This document shows positions 1 to 8,894 of a stretch of 64,000 nt of DNA, one piece after another (the first letter of the stretch is position 1; every line of letters starts with the position of its first letter). Under the pieces are notes generated by a model, which had not been told where the DNA came from, did not search any database, and worked only from the letters and a program-made list of their open reading frames with translations. Where the stretch lies: assembly GCA_965116885.1 (NCBI GenBank), contig OZ220741.1:4128001-4192000 (forward strand), in the 5' to 3' direction. A program made the position numbers and the translations under genes. The DNA is from Candidatus Latescibacterota bacterium. GTDB lineage: Bacteria; Latescibacterota; UBA2968.

Positions 1-99
1 GAATTGACACCGCTTCAGCAGGCTATTATGCAACCCCCGCACAATGCAGGGCGCATAGATGTCGCCGCGCTAATCGAGGCGGATGAAAGCGAGTGCTAA
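1..99 (+). CDS. 3' end of a gene truncated by the window edge
   Basis: Frame 1 is open from position 1 (ELTPLQQAIMQPPHNAGRIDVAALIEADESEC) to TAA at 97-99. Confidence 0.5.
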   Translation, partial: ELTPLQQAIMQPPHNAGRIDVAALIEADESEC

Positions 100-107
100 A
101 AACTGAG

Positions 108-136
108 TTGACAGGCTGTTTTTTTCTTTCTATAAA
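108..136 (+). promoter_or_regulatory. Sigma70-like promoter of the first molybdoenzyme operon
   Basis: TTGACA-17 bp-TATAAA; RBS TAAGGAGG precedes ATG 183. Confidence 0.65.
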
Positions 137-182
137 TGTTCAACGCAGATGCAAGGGGAAATAAAAAGTATAAGGAGGCCCT

Positions 183-827
183 ATGAATACAAATTTTTCC
201 CGCGAGGTCGTTTTGTCAGATGATGTGGCAATGGGGCGGGCGGGGATGTCGAGACGCGACTTTATCAAAGGGATTATTGCTACTGGCGCGTCCATTTCTG
301 CGATGGGATATGTGTTTGGAGGCTGCGCGGGCGATATGGGTAGCGCGCCGGGCGCGGTTGAGCGGCTCATTTCTCTCAATGTAAATGGTCGCGTGCGCCG
401 CGTTGATGTGTTGCCGCAGGAAACGCTGGCGATGACTTTGCGGTACAAACTGGGGCTTACGGGCACAAAGCTGGGGTGCGACCGGGGTGAATGCGGTGCG
501 TGTACAGTGCTGGTCGATGATGTGGCGATGTATTCGTGTTCGACTTTAACCCACCGCGTTCGGGGCCGTTCGGTTGTGACTGTTGAAGGGCTGGAAGGCG
601 AAGATGGCGCGTTGCATCCGGTTCAGCGAGCATTTATTGAAGAACTGGGCCCTCAGTGTGGTTTTTGCACGCCGGGGCAGGTGATGTCTGCGGTGGCACT
701 GCTGAAGATCAATCCGGATCCAACCCGCGAAGAAGCGCGGGTTGCCATGTCTGGAAATCTTTGTCGCTGTGGTGCTTATGACAATTATCTGAACTCAGTG
801 ATGCGTGCGGCCAAGGAGGCTTCTTAA
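183..827 (+). CDS. Xanthine dehydrogenase/aldehyde oxidoreductase family 2x[2Fe-2S] subunit with Tat signal (PaoA/YagT-like)
   Basis: SRRDFIK twin-arginine motif; GCDRGECGAC, QCGFCTPG and GNLCRCG motifs. Confidence 0.92.
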   Translation: MNTNFSREVVLSDDVAMGRAGMSRRDFIKGIIATGASISAMGYVFGGCAGDMGSAPGAVERLISLNVNGRVRRVDVLPQETLAMTLRYKLGLTGTKLGCDRGECGACTVLVDDVAMYSCSTLTHRVRGRSVVTVEGLEGEDGALHPVQRAFIEELGPQCGFCTPGQVMSAVALLKINPDPTREEARVAMSGNLCRCGAYDNYLNSVMRAAKEAS

Positions 828-3224
828 ATGGCATATCAATTGATTGGCAAGGATTTTACGCCGTCAGATGTGGCGGCAAAGGTTACGGGTAAGGCAAAAT
901 ACGCCGAGGATTTTCGCGCTGAAGGCATGGTGTTTTGTCGCTTGCTTTTGAGCACAATGCCCCATGCGCGCATTCGCAACATCGACGTGTCTGAAGCGAT
1001 GAAGATGAAGGGCGTTTTGGGTATTTTAACTGCCGATGACGTGCCCGAGCAAAACGCGCCGAACAATCCCATTTTGACGAATAATCCCCATTATGTGGGG
1101 GATCCGATTCTGGCAGTTGCCGCCCTCGACGAGCAGACGGCACAGGATGCGATTGACAAAATTGCGATTGATTATGAACCCTTGCCTTTTACGCTCGATC
1201 CCCTGGAGAGTCTTTATCCTGGCGGCACAAATGCCCGAGAAGACGGCAATATTCGCAACCGGCGTTCGGGAAGCGAGACAATCAAATGGACTGCTGGGGA
1301 TTTTGTCGATAAGGATGTGTGTCCGACGGGCAAACCAGCAACTGAATGGTCTTATGGCGAGGTTGATCAGGGGTTTGAAAATGCGAAATTGATCGTAGAT
1401 GAGAGCTTTGTCACGGCAAATAATCCGCATCATTCGATGGAACCGAGATCGTGCATGGCTTTATGGGAAAACGGCAAGTGTTTCGTATATGGCGCGACGC
1501 AAAGCCAGAGCCGTCCCACGCGCGATCTGGCCCGTCTCCTGGGGATGGAGTCTGAAGACCTGGTTTATATCGCAGAATACTGCGGAGGTGGCTTTGGCTC
1601 CAAAGGCACGGCGTATCCCGTGATGGCTATTCCGCCGCTTATGTCCAAAAAAGTCGGACGCCCCGTGATGATGCGTATTAGTCGCGTGGAAGAGTATTTC
1701 ATCGGGTCTGCGCGTCACGGCTTTCAGGGGCGAATTAAAATTGGTTTTCGCGGCGATGGGCGGATCAGTGCGCTGGATATGTACGTGATTCAGGAAAATG
1801 GCGCCTATCGCGGCGGTGGGGATTGGACCGCTGCCGGTGATGCAGTTTCGCTGGTTTATACGCCCGAGGCCATGCGCTTTCGAGGGATTCCCGTATATAC
1901 CAATACGCCAATCAGAGGGGCACAGCGCGGTCCTGGGCAAAACCAAATCGCCTGTGTGGTCGAGCCTTTGCTCGACAAGGCAGCCGAGGAACTGGACATT
2001 GATCAACTGGCGATTCGGCGCATTAATGCACCCGATAACGATTCGAAATACGGGCGCAGGCAGGGACCTGTTACGAGCGTTTATATGCGCGAGGCACTGG
2101 ACAAAGGCGGCAAGGCTTTTGATTGGGCAGGAAAAAAGCAAAAAAGCCGTCAGAAGAGTGGCTCAAAGGTTATTGGTGTGGGGATTGGACAGGCTTATCA
2201 CGCTGCGGGTTCAAATGGTTATGATGGTCTGGTGCGCCTGACGCCAGAGGGCAAGTTGCACATTCATTCGGGTGTTGGCAATCTCGGCACGTTTTCGCAC
2301 ACTGCAACCTCTCTCACAGCCGCCGAAGTACTGACGTGTAAATGGGAAAATTGCGTGATTGAGCGGGGTGACAGCCGTCGTCATTTGCCGTGGAACCACG
2401 CACAGTGGGGGAGCAATACCTCGTTTACGATGACGCGCACGAATTATGTTGCGGCTATGGATGCGAAGAACAAATTGCTGGAGATTGCAGCAAAGGACCT
2501 GGGTGGCTCTCCCAACGATTACGATCTGGCCGATGAGCGTGTTGTGCATAAGACGGACAAATCCAAAAGCATGGGATTTGCAGATGCGGCAAAACGCGCA
2601 ATTGAACTGGGGGGCAAGTACGACGGCCATGAAGCTCCCGAAGATATTCACGACATGACAAAAGCCTCGGTGGTTGCGCTTGCGGGCACGGGACTGATCG
2701 GCGTTGCCAAAGATAACCTGAAGCGCGAGGGCGTTGTCCCGGCGATGGCGGTCGGACTTATCGAGATTGAGTTGGATCTGGAGACTGGCAAGTACGAGAT
2801 TTTGGATTATGTGGGGGTTGCAGAGTGCGGCACAGTGCTGCACCCGCAGGGGCTGGAGACGCAGATCAAAGGCGGCGCAGTTATGGGATTTGGTCTGGCT
2901 GCGCTGGAGCGATACGTGTATGATCCGCAAAACGGCCTTCCCGCAAATATGGGGCTTTATCAATGTAAGCCGCCGTCGTATCTCGATGTCCCATCTGAGA
3001 TGAAAACCGAGGTGGTCGATATCGCCGATCCCCAAAATCCAGTTGGTGCTAAGGGGATAGGCGAACCTGTGCAGGGTTGTGCCGCTGCCGCGCTTTTGTG
3101 CGCGATTTCAGATGCGCTGGGCGGGCATTATTTTAATCGGATGCCCGTGACGACCGATCATATTGTCAATGCAGCCGCAGGACGCGAACAGTCGTATAAA
3201 GCACTGCAGGTGAATACGGTATGA
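828..3224 (+). CDS. Xanthine dehydrogenase family molybdopterin-binding subunit
   Basis: KVTGKAKYAED, PHARI, GGGFGSKG, QIKGGAVMGFG and AKGIGEP motifs. Confidence 0.93.
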   Translation: MAYQLIGKDFTPSDVAAKVTGKAKYAEDFRAEGMVFCRLLLSTMPHARIRNIDVSEAMKMKGVLGILTADDVPEQNAPNNPILTNNPHYVGDPILAVAALDEQTAQDAIDKIAIDYEPLPFTLDPLESLYPGGTNAREDGNIRNRRSGSETIKWTAGDFVDKDVCPTGKPATEWSYGEVDQGFENAKLIVDESFVTANNPHHSMEPRSCMALWENGKCFVYGATQSQSRPTRDLARLLGMESEDLVYIAEYCGGGFGSKGTAYPVMAIPPLMSKKVGRPVMMRISRVEEYFIGSARHGFQGRIKIGFRGDGRISALDMYVIQENGAYRGGGDWTAAGDAVSLVYTPEAMRFRGIPVYTNTPIRGAQRGPGQNQIACVVEPLLDKAAEELDIDQLAIRRINAPDNDSKYGRRQGPVTSVYMREALDKGGKAFDWAGKKQKSRQKSGSKVIGVGIGQAYHAAGSNGYDGLVRLTPEGKLHIHSGVGNLGTFSHTATSLTAAEVLTCKWENCVIERGDSRRHLPWNHAQWGSNTSFTMTRTNYVAAMDAKNKLLEIAAKDLGGSPNDYDLADERVVHKTDKSKSMGFADAAKRAIELGGKYDGHEAPEDIHDMTKASVVALAGTGLIGVAKDNLKREGVVPAMAVGLIEIELDLETGKYEILDYVGVAECGTVLHPQGLETQIKGGAVMGFGLAALERYVYDPQNGLPANMGLYQCKPPSYLDVPSEMKTEVVDIADPQNPVGAKGIGEPVQGCAAAALLCAISDALGGHYFNRMPVTTDHIVNAAAGREQSYKALQVNTV

Positions 3225-3232
3225 GAAATGTG

Positions 3233-3252
3233 ATCCGCAGATGGACGCAGAT
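3233..3252. repeat. Dispersed intergenic repeat ATCCGCAGATGGACGCAGAT (copy 1)
   Basis: Related copies at 14612-14642, 30776-30795, 47011-47030 and inverted at 62895-62924. Confidence 0.8.
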
Positions 3253-3254
3253 AT

Positions 3255-3279
3255 GTAGGGGCGCCCCTCGTGGTCGCCC
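3255..3279 (+). repeat. GTAG-type REP-like palindrome
   Basis: GTAG followed by the GC-rich imperfect hairpin GGGCGCCCCTCGTGGTCGCCC; similar element at 59370. Confidence 0.65.
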
Positions 3280-3320
3280 GTGTATGAGTGTGAAATGTGA
3301 AGGAGAAAGGAGGAAATGAT

Positions 3321-4310
3321 ATGCTCAAAGATATGATGGCTAATTTTGAATTGTATCAGCCCACTGCAATAGATCACGCGCTGAATTTAATGGATCGCTA
3401 TGGCGATGACGGTTGGGTTCTGGCAGGGGGGCAGGATAGTTTTGACTGGTTTAAGGACCGCGCCAAGAAGCCCAGCGCAGTTATCGATATTAACGGTATT
3501 GATGATTTGCATGGGATTCGCGAAACAGCCGATGGGATTGAGATTGGCGCATTGACCACGCTGACGGAGATTGAGACAAGCGCGCTGATTAAAGAGAAAT
3601 ACAGCGTGTTGGCCGATGCTGCGCGACATGTTGCAAGCCCGCAAATTCGCAATGCGGGAACAATCGGGGGCAATGTCTGTCAGGATACGCGGTGCTGGTA
3701 TTATCGGTATGGTCTGGATTGTTATCGGGCGGGCGGGAATACGTGTTATGCAGATACGCCCGAGGGAATTGACCGCGAGCATTGTCTTTTTGGGGCGGAT
3801 CGGTGTATTGCCGTGTCTCCTTCAGATACCGCACCCGCACTTGTTGCCCTCGATGCGCGTATGGTGGTTGTAAATGGCGATGGAGAAAAAGAGGTGCTGG
3901 CAGAGAACTTTTTTATTGGTCCCGATGTGGATATTATGCGCATGACGATTTTGCAACCGGGTGATTTGCTCAAGTCTATTGTGATTCCCAACACATGGGC
4001 AGGTGCGCGTTTTTATTTTGAAAAGGTGGCCGAAAGGAACACCTGGGATTTCGCGCTGGTCAATATTGCCTCTGCAATGAAGGTAGAGAACGATGCGATT
4101 GCCGATATCCGCCTGGCCTGTGGCGGTGTTGCGTGTGTGCCGCGACGCTTGACGGTTGTGGAAGAGGTGGTCAAGGGCAGTCCCCAAACTGGCGCGTCTG
4201 CCGATCTCGCTGCGAGTGCGGCAAGCCGTGGTGCCACGCCGCTGAATTACAATGGGTTTAAGATTCCTCTTATGGAGAGTCTGGTCAAACGGGCGATACG
4301 AGAGAGTTAA
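3321..4310 (+). CDS. FAD-binding subunit with Cys-rich [4Fe-4S] insertion (PaoB/YagS-like)
   Basis: LAGGQD, IGALTTL, SPQIRNAGTIGGN; insertion CWYYR..C..C..C; GGAGG RBS before ATG 3321. Confidence 0.9.
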   Translation: MLKDMMANFELYQPTAIDHALNLMDRYGDDGWVLAGGQDSFDWFKDRAKKPSAVIDINGIDDLHGIRETADGIEIGALTTLTEIETSALIKEKYSVLADAARHVASPQIRNAGTIGGNVCQDTRCWYYRYGLDCYRAGGNTCYADTPEGIDREHCLFGADRCIAVSPSDTAPALVALDARMVVVNGDGEKEVLAENFFIGPDVDIMRMTILQPGDLLKSIVIPNTWAGARFYFEKVAERNTWDFALVNIASAMKVENDAIADIRLACGGVACVPRRLTVVEEVVKGSPQTGASADLAASAASRGATPLNYNGFKIPLMESLVKRAIRES

Positions 4311-4465
4311 TGGATATTTTTCGATATACCAGCGATGCCTGGGGACAGCGGGTTTTAGAAGGTCTTTCGTGGGACCTGATCGGGTATTTTGCAGGTGCTG
4401 GCGTTGTGTTTATTGTTTTGCATGCGGGTTATATGCACTTTTTTGTGAAAAAAAACGGTCAATGA
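4310..4465 (+). CDS. Small 51-aa membrane protein not in the ORF track; possibly the N-terminal part of the cytochrome b
   Basis: MDIFRYTSDAWGQRVLEGLSWDLIGYFAGAGVVFIVLHAGYMHFFVKKNGQ; TAATG overlap upstream, ATGA overlap downstream; one TM segment. Confidence 0.7.
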   Translation: MDIFRYTSDAWGQRVLEGLSWDLIGYFAGAGVVFIVLHAGYMHFFVKKNGQ

Positions 4466-5085
4466 ATGCTCTGTTGAGACATACTTTCGCTACCCGAATC
4501 AATCACTGGTTGATGGCTGCGTGTATGATTGCCCTGCTGCTGACTGGTTTTTTGCCGATTTTGGGAATCAAGTTTGCGTGGGTGACGCTGCACTGGGTTT
4601 CTGGGGTGATTTTTACCGCTTCTGTTTTGTTTCACGTTATTTACGCTCTGACCCGGCAAGACTGGCGGTCTATGTGGATCGCAAGAGGAGAATTTGCAGA
4701 TGTTCTTTCCTCGCTGTCGGGTTCGATCAAGGCTTTGAAAGTGTCGCCCGGCAAATACTGGCTGATGCAAAAGATTTATCACCATATTGTGGCGATTATG
4801 AGTCTGATTGTCTGTGTGACGGGTATTTTGATGTTGTTTAAAATTGATTCGCCTTTCTGGACGCGCGATCCTTATGTTTTTTCAGGTGAAAGCTGGGGTA
4901 TTATTTATGTTTTGCACGATTTTTCGGGTCTGTGTTTTATTCCGCTGATTATGATGCATGTTTATTTTGCGATACGGCCCGAGAAACTTTTTTATACGCG
5001 ATCGATGATTAAAGGATGGATTACAGACGAGGAATATCGCGCACATCACGATCCAGAGAAGTGGGTTGCAAAAAGAAAGGGCTGA
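4462..5085 (+). CDS. Cytochrome b subunit (FdnI/Ni-hydrogenase b-type cytochrome-like)
   Basis: RINHWL, LHWVSG, GKY..MQKIYH, LHD and MHVY His ligands; four TM segments. Confidence 0.85.
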   Translation: MNALLRHTFATRINHWLMAACMIALLLTGFLPILGIKFAWVTLHWVSGVIFTASVLFHVIYALTRQDWRSMWIARGEFADVLSSLSGSIKALKVSPGKYWLMQKIYHHIVAIMSLIVCVTGILMLFKIDSPFWTRDPYVFSGESWGIIYVLHDFSGLCFIPLIMMHVYFAIRPEKLFYTRSMIKGWITDEEYRAHHDPEKWVAKRKG

Positions 5086-5092
5086 TCAACGA

Positions 5093-5473
5093 ATGGCAGA
5101 TGTTTTCTCAGAGTGGGCGCAACATATTGAAGCGATTGAGTCGGGTTATGAATTGATGCTGGCTTATGCCGCACAGGGTATAGAGGGAGACGATGATCCT
5201 GACTCGCAGATTCGACGCGTGCTAAAAGAGATGAATAACGCGCTCGATAATCTGGGAGAGTCTGCAGCGTGCATCGCAGAAGATAGGGGACTTGTGGATT
5301 ATCGGGATTTTTTAGACGCGATGAATGCCGATGCGAAAAGAGCACAGGCGGGCATTCATCTCGTGCTGGGCAAACCCGCCATCAGTTCCCAGTTGATTGA
5401 CAACTTAAATGCCTCTATCCATTTGCGCGCACTGCTGACCGATCTGTTTTTGATTGATGAGGCTTTGAAATAA
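5093..5473 (+). CDS. Hypothetical helical protein in the operon
   Basis: 126-aa ORF starting 7 bp after the cytochrome b stop; amphipathic helices. Confidence 0.7.
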   Translation: MADVFSEWAQHIEAIESGYELMLAYAAQGIEGDDDPDSQIRRVLKEMNNALDNLGESAACIAEDRGLVDYRDFLDAMNADAKRAQAGIHLVLGKPAISSQLIDNLNASIHLRALLTDLFLIDEALK

Positions 5474-5475
5474 TT

Positions 5476-7986
5476 ATGGTTCAAATTCTACGTAAGGATC
5501 ATCCCCGGCTGTATCATCCCGCTGATGATCCGGATTACAGATTCGAGCCGCCGGAGGATGCGGCGCGAAAACGAATCCTTAAGAATATTCTCGCAGATTG
5601 CGAGATTTTTTATTTTCAGCGTCCGTGGAAACGAATTCCCGAACGGCCGCACAGCCCGCATCCGTACCACCAGCTATACCTGACGTTTTACACGGGAATG
5701 CACGCAACTGCGCTGATAGAGCATTACGCGTTCGCCTGGCGGCTGACGGGGGATCCGCGCTGGTTGAAACGGGCGAGAGAATGGTTGCGCGCGGCGGGGG
5801 AATGGGAGCATAGTGACCGGGTAGAAGAGCATTTTTATACCGCCAACCGATATATGCAGGCGTTTGCGCTGGCGCTGGATCTGCTCGACAAAGCGTTGCC
5901 CGACGTAGAAAAAAAACGGGCGACCGCGTGTCTGGTTCAGATGATGAACCGCTGGTGGCCGGATGTGGAGCGGAGCAGATACTCATCGGATGGACGACAC
6001 CACGCCGTGGTTGACAACGGGCATTTTGGCGTGGCGGCTTTGTATTTGTTGGGAAAACATCCCGATGCAGAAGCCTGGATATCGGCGGTGATTGACCGGT
6101 TTCGCAGCGGGGTGATGCCCTATGGCTGCGGGCGAGACGGCGCACCGGGCGACGGGCCTGCGTTCTGGCCGTGGGAAAATTTGTGGATGCTTCACTTCGC
6201 CGATGCGCTGCGCAACGTGACGGGGGAAGATCTGTATGAGGCGTTTCCGAAACGACTGGAGCGGCCTCTGACGTGGTTTCGATATCATCTGGCACCGCCG
6301 AAAGTGATCGAAGACAGGCTGTATTATCCGGAAAATTCAAATGTGATTTCGGGTAGCCAGATAGATGCGTGTTCGGTGACCTTGCTGCGGCTGGCGCAGG
6401 AGGCTGGGGACGCCGAACTGCGGGACGTAGCACTTGGCGATCCGAGGCTGGGACGGCTCTACCGGTTTGGGATGGGCGTGAAGGGTACAACGGCAGAGTG
6501 CATGATCGCATACGCTCCGTACGCTTATTGTTATTATGATCCTGAGTTTCAGGGGTCGAGTCGCAAGATTGTATTGCCGCTTTCAAGAAAATTTACCCGA
6601 ATGCACTACGGGGAGACTGGATTGCTGCGCAGTGGATGGGACAGGGGCGATGTGGTCTGTTGTGTGTCCGGATACAAAGGCGGGAGCGCACATGGGTTTA
6701 TGAATTTACACGTACAATGGGCCGGATATCCGATTTTGAAGACGATTTCCGCAGAAGAGGCCCAGCCGGTGGCCTGTGGGAGTCTCCCGTTCACAGGCGG
6801 GCAAAACGAGATCGTGGCGTTTCTGCGGCGGTCAGATACCGCAGCTTCGTTCGAACGGTTGCGCGTTCGGTCCATTCGAACGGATCATGAATACTGGCTG
6901 CTGAAAGGGACTTTTCCGATCCTTGTAATAGCACTGAGACGTCGGAGGCGTGGTGTAAGAGTGATGCGGAAGTGGGGAGAGAGATCCGTGCGATTGAATG
7001 GCCGTGATTATCTGCAGTACGAAAGAGCACCTTATTTTAATCCCAGAGCAGGTGAATTGCGAATGCGCTTCCGGTTAAACGGCGAGAGGAAAAAAGAAGG
7101 GCCAGAAGTTTTGTTTAATACGGGAATCGGCGTGGGAAGAATCATGGGAAGCCGGGTAAATAATTATTCGCTGGCAATAATGGACGGGGACGCGCTGACA
7201 TTTGTTGTGCAGAGCCAGCGGAATACGTCGGTGGAGGTCGTCTCATCGGTGAAAATTGAACCTGGCAGGTGGTACGATGCGGTTATCCGATGGGGTGGGT
7301 TCAACCGGTCGGGAGATAATCCGTTTATTGAAATTGAGGTGGATGGGTGCAGGAACAGATGTGATGACCGCGCGATTTTCGGTGAATTGGGGCTGGATTC
7401 ACAGAATCTGCAGTCGCGTGCGGAACCGAGGACGTTTTACATCAAATCGAATACGGTACTGGCGTTTGGGGGCGCAGTGCAGATGCCCGGGACAGGGGTA
7501 AAATGCGATCTTGACAGGGTAGATCTGAAATGTCCGGGGCGCAAGCAGTTGCTGTTGGATTTTGAGACGGACCTGGGGCCGGAAACCGGAAGTGGCGCGT
7601 TGGGCTGGAAGTTGAATCCGGTAGATTTGAGACGGGTCCTGGCAAAACAGGCGCGTTTTGGTGCAGGTGGGCGGTCTATTGATGCGTTGCTCCTGTATGG
7701 AGAAGATGCCTTTTTTGAGAAGGAGGAGGTGCCTTTCGCGCCTTCTGGGCTGGCGGCGGGGAGTTTGACGAGTTTTATCCCAGGGGCGCGGGATGCCAAC
7801 ATGCGGGTGCAGCTATCGACTCTCGGAGATATGCTGGTTTTTGCTTTTGTAGAGCATCAGGCGAATGTGCGGGTGATAGAGGATGAGAATGGGTTCGAGA
7901 TTGGCGTTGGGAAAGAGCGGTACGGGTTTGACGTGAATATGAAGGGAGAAGAGATCCTCACCCTGCGCTCAGCCGTAACGGAGTAA
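5476..7986 (+). CDS. Heparinase II/III- or alginate-lyase-like toroid protein with a LamG-like beta-sandwich
   Basis: AFAWRLTGDPRWLKRAREWL, FADALRNVTGEDLY, LLRSGWD; IEPGRWYDAVIRW...IEVDG is LamG-like. Confidence 0.55.
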   Translation: MVQILRKDHPRLYHPADDPDYRFEPPEDAARKRILKNILADCEIFYFQRPWKRIPERPHSPHPYHQLYLTFYTGMHATALIEHYAFAWRLTGDPRWLKRAREWLRAAGEWEHSDRVEEHFYTANRYMQAFALALDLLDKALPDVEKKRATACLVQMMNRWWPDVERSRYSSDGRHHAVVDNGHFGVAALYLLGKHPDAEAWISAVIDRFRSGVMPYGCGRDGAPGDGPAFWPWENLWMLHFADALRNVTGEDLYEAFPKRLERPLTWFRYHLAPPKVIEDRLYYPENSNVISGSQIDACSVTLLRLAQEAGDAELRDVALGDPRLGRLYRFGMGVKGTTAECMIAYAPYAYCYYDPEFQGSSRKIVLPLSRKFTRMHYGETGLLRSGWDRGDVVCCVSGYKGGSAHGFMNLHVQWAGYPILKTISAEEAQPVACGSLPFTGGQNEIVAFLRRSDTAASFERLRVRSIRTDHEYWLLKGTFPILVIALRRRRRGVRVMRKWGERSVRLNGRDYLQYERAPYFNPRAGELRMRFRLNGERKKEGPEVLFNTGIGVGRIMGSRVNNYSLAIMDGDALTFVVQSQRNTSVEVVSSVKIEPGRWYDAVIRWGGFNRSGDNPFIEIEVDGCRNRCDDRAIFGELGLDSQNLQSRAEPRTFYIKSNTVLAFGGAVQMPGTGVKCDLDRVDLKCPGRKQLLLDFETDLGPETGSGALGWKLNPVDLRRVLAKQARFGAGGRSIDALLLYGEDAFFEKEEVPFAPSGLAAGSLTSFIPGARDANMRVQLSTLGDMLVFAFVEHQANVRVIEDENGFEIGVGKERYGFDVNMKGEEILTLRSAVTE

Positions 7987-7988
7987 CT

Positions 7989-8019
7989 AAAGGTCGTGAC
8001 CTGACTCACGGCCTTTTTT
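7989..8019. terminator. Intrinsic terminator between convergent genes
   Basis: AAAGGTCGTGA-loop-TCACGGCCTTTTTT. Confidence 0.7.
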
Positions 8020-8031
8020 GAGTGTAGCCTA

Positions 8032-8862
8032 TCAGGGGCACTCGCCGCGTGTGAGTCTGCTCTGGATGTCGTCTAATACAGCAGGCACATCCCAGATGCC
8101 ATCGACGACATAGTGTGCGCCGGACTGATGCATGCGCTGATATACGGCTTCGAGTTGTGTTTGCAGTACTTCGGGATCAAGGCGGTTGATTTCTTCTTCG
8201 TTTAGACCGATTTCATTCCCTGTTTTTGCAAGTCCAATAGTCCACATGCCAGCGTTGAGGCCCTCTTCGATGCCGGGGATCGTATCATCGACTTTGACAC
8301 AGGCTGCAAAGGGATACACACCCAGTTGCATGGCATTTTGCACACACATCCACGGTGCTGGGCGGCCTTCGGGAACGTCGGTTGCACACACGGTTGCGTC
8401 GGGTTCATAACCGCGTTTTTTGGCTTCTTCCTGCAATAGAGCCATCATTTCGCCTGTATATCCGGTGGTTGATCCTATTTTTAATCCGCGCTTGCGAAAC
8501 TCGGCAACGGCTTCCAGTGTACCGGGAATTAGATCGGCGTATTCAGCCAGACAACTCAGTTGCAAGGGCACAAATGCTTCAAACATCGCATTGATATCCG
8601 ATTCCTCCGGTGGTCGATTGTAGGTATCTTCCCAGCGCTGGTGTACAGATTCGATTTGAGATATTTTGCGGATGTGGACTTTTTTATGCGCTCCCATTGG
8701 CGCACGCGCCTCGGCGATGCTGATAGGTACTCGCATGCGTTCGTACACCTGGCGGAAGACTACGGCGGGCGCGTAACATCCGTAATCCATCGTGGTTCCC
8801 GCCCAATCTAACAAAATGGCTTTTAACGCACCGCGATATGTACGTCGAAAATAAAAATCCAT
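8032..8862 (-). CDS. phnX: Phosphonoacetaldehyde hydrolase (phosphonatase)
   Basis: HAD motif DWAGTTMDYG, PMGAHKKVHI (Schiff-base Lys), GRPAPWM, KVDDTIPGIEEGLNAGMW. Confidence 0.95.
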   Translation of the reverse strand: MDFYFRRTYRGALKAILLDWAGTTMDYGCYAPAVVFRQVYERMRVPISIAEARAPMGAHKKVHIRKISQIESVHQRWEDTYNRPPEESDINAMFEAFVPLQLSCLAEYADLIPGTLEAVAEFRKRGLKIGSTTGYTGEMMALLQEEAKKRGYEPDATVCATDVPEGRPAPWMCVQNAMQLGVYPFAACVKVDDTIPGIEEGLNAGMWTIGLAKTGNEIGLNEEEINRLDPEVLQTQLEAVYQRMHQSGAHYVVDGIWDVPAVLDDIQSRLTRGECP

Positions 8863-8894
8863 TTTCTGTCCTTTCTGATTTATTGGTGAAATGA

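Noticed and set aside
5579..6586. Long antisense ORFs (335 aa here; also 2211-3035 and 55819-56670)
   Set aside because: Shadow frames of well-supported genes, with no motifs
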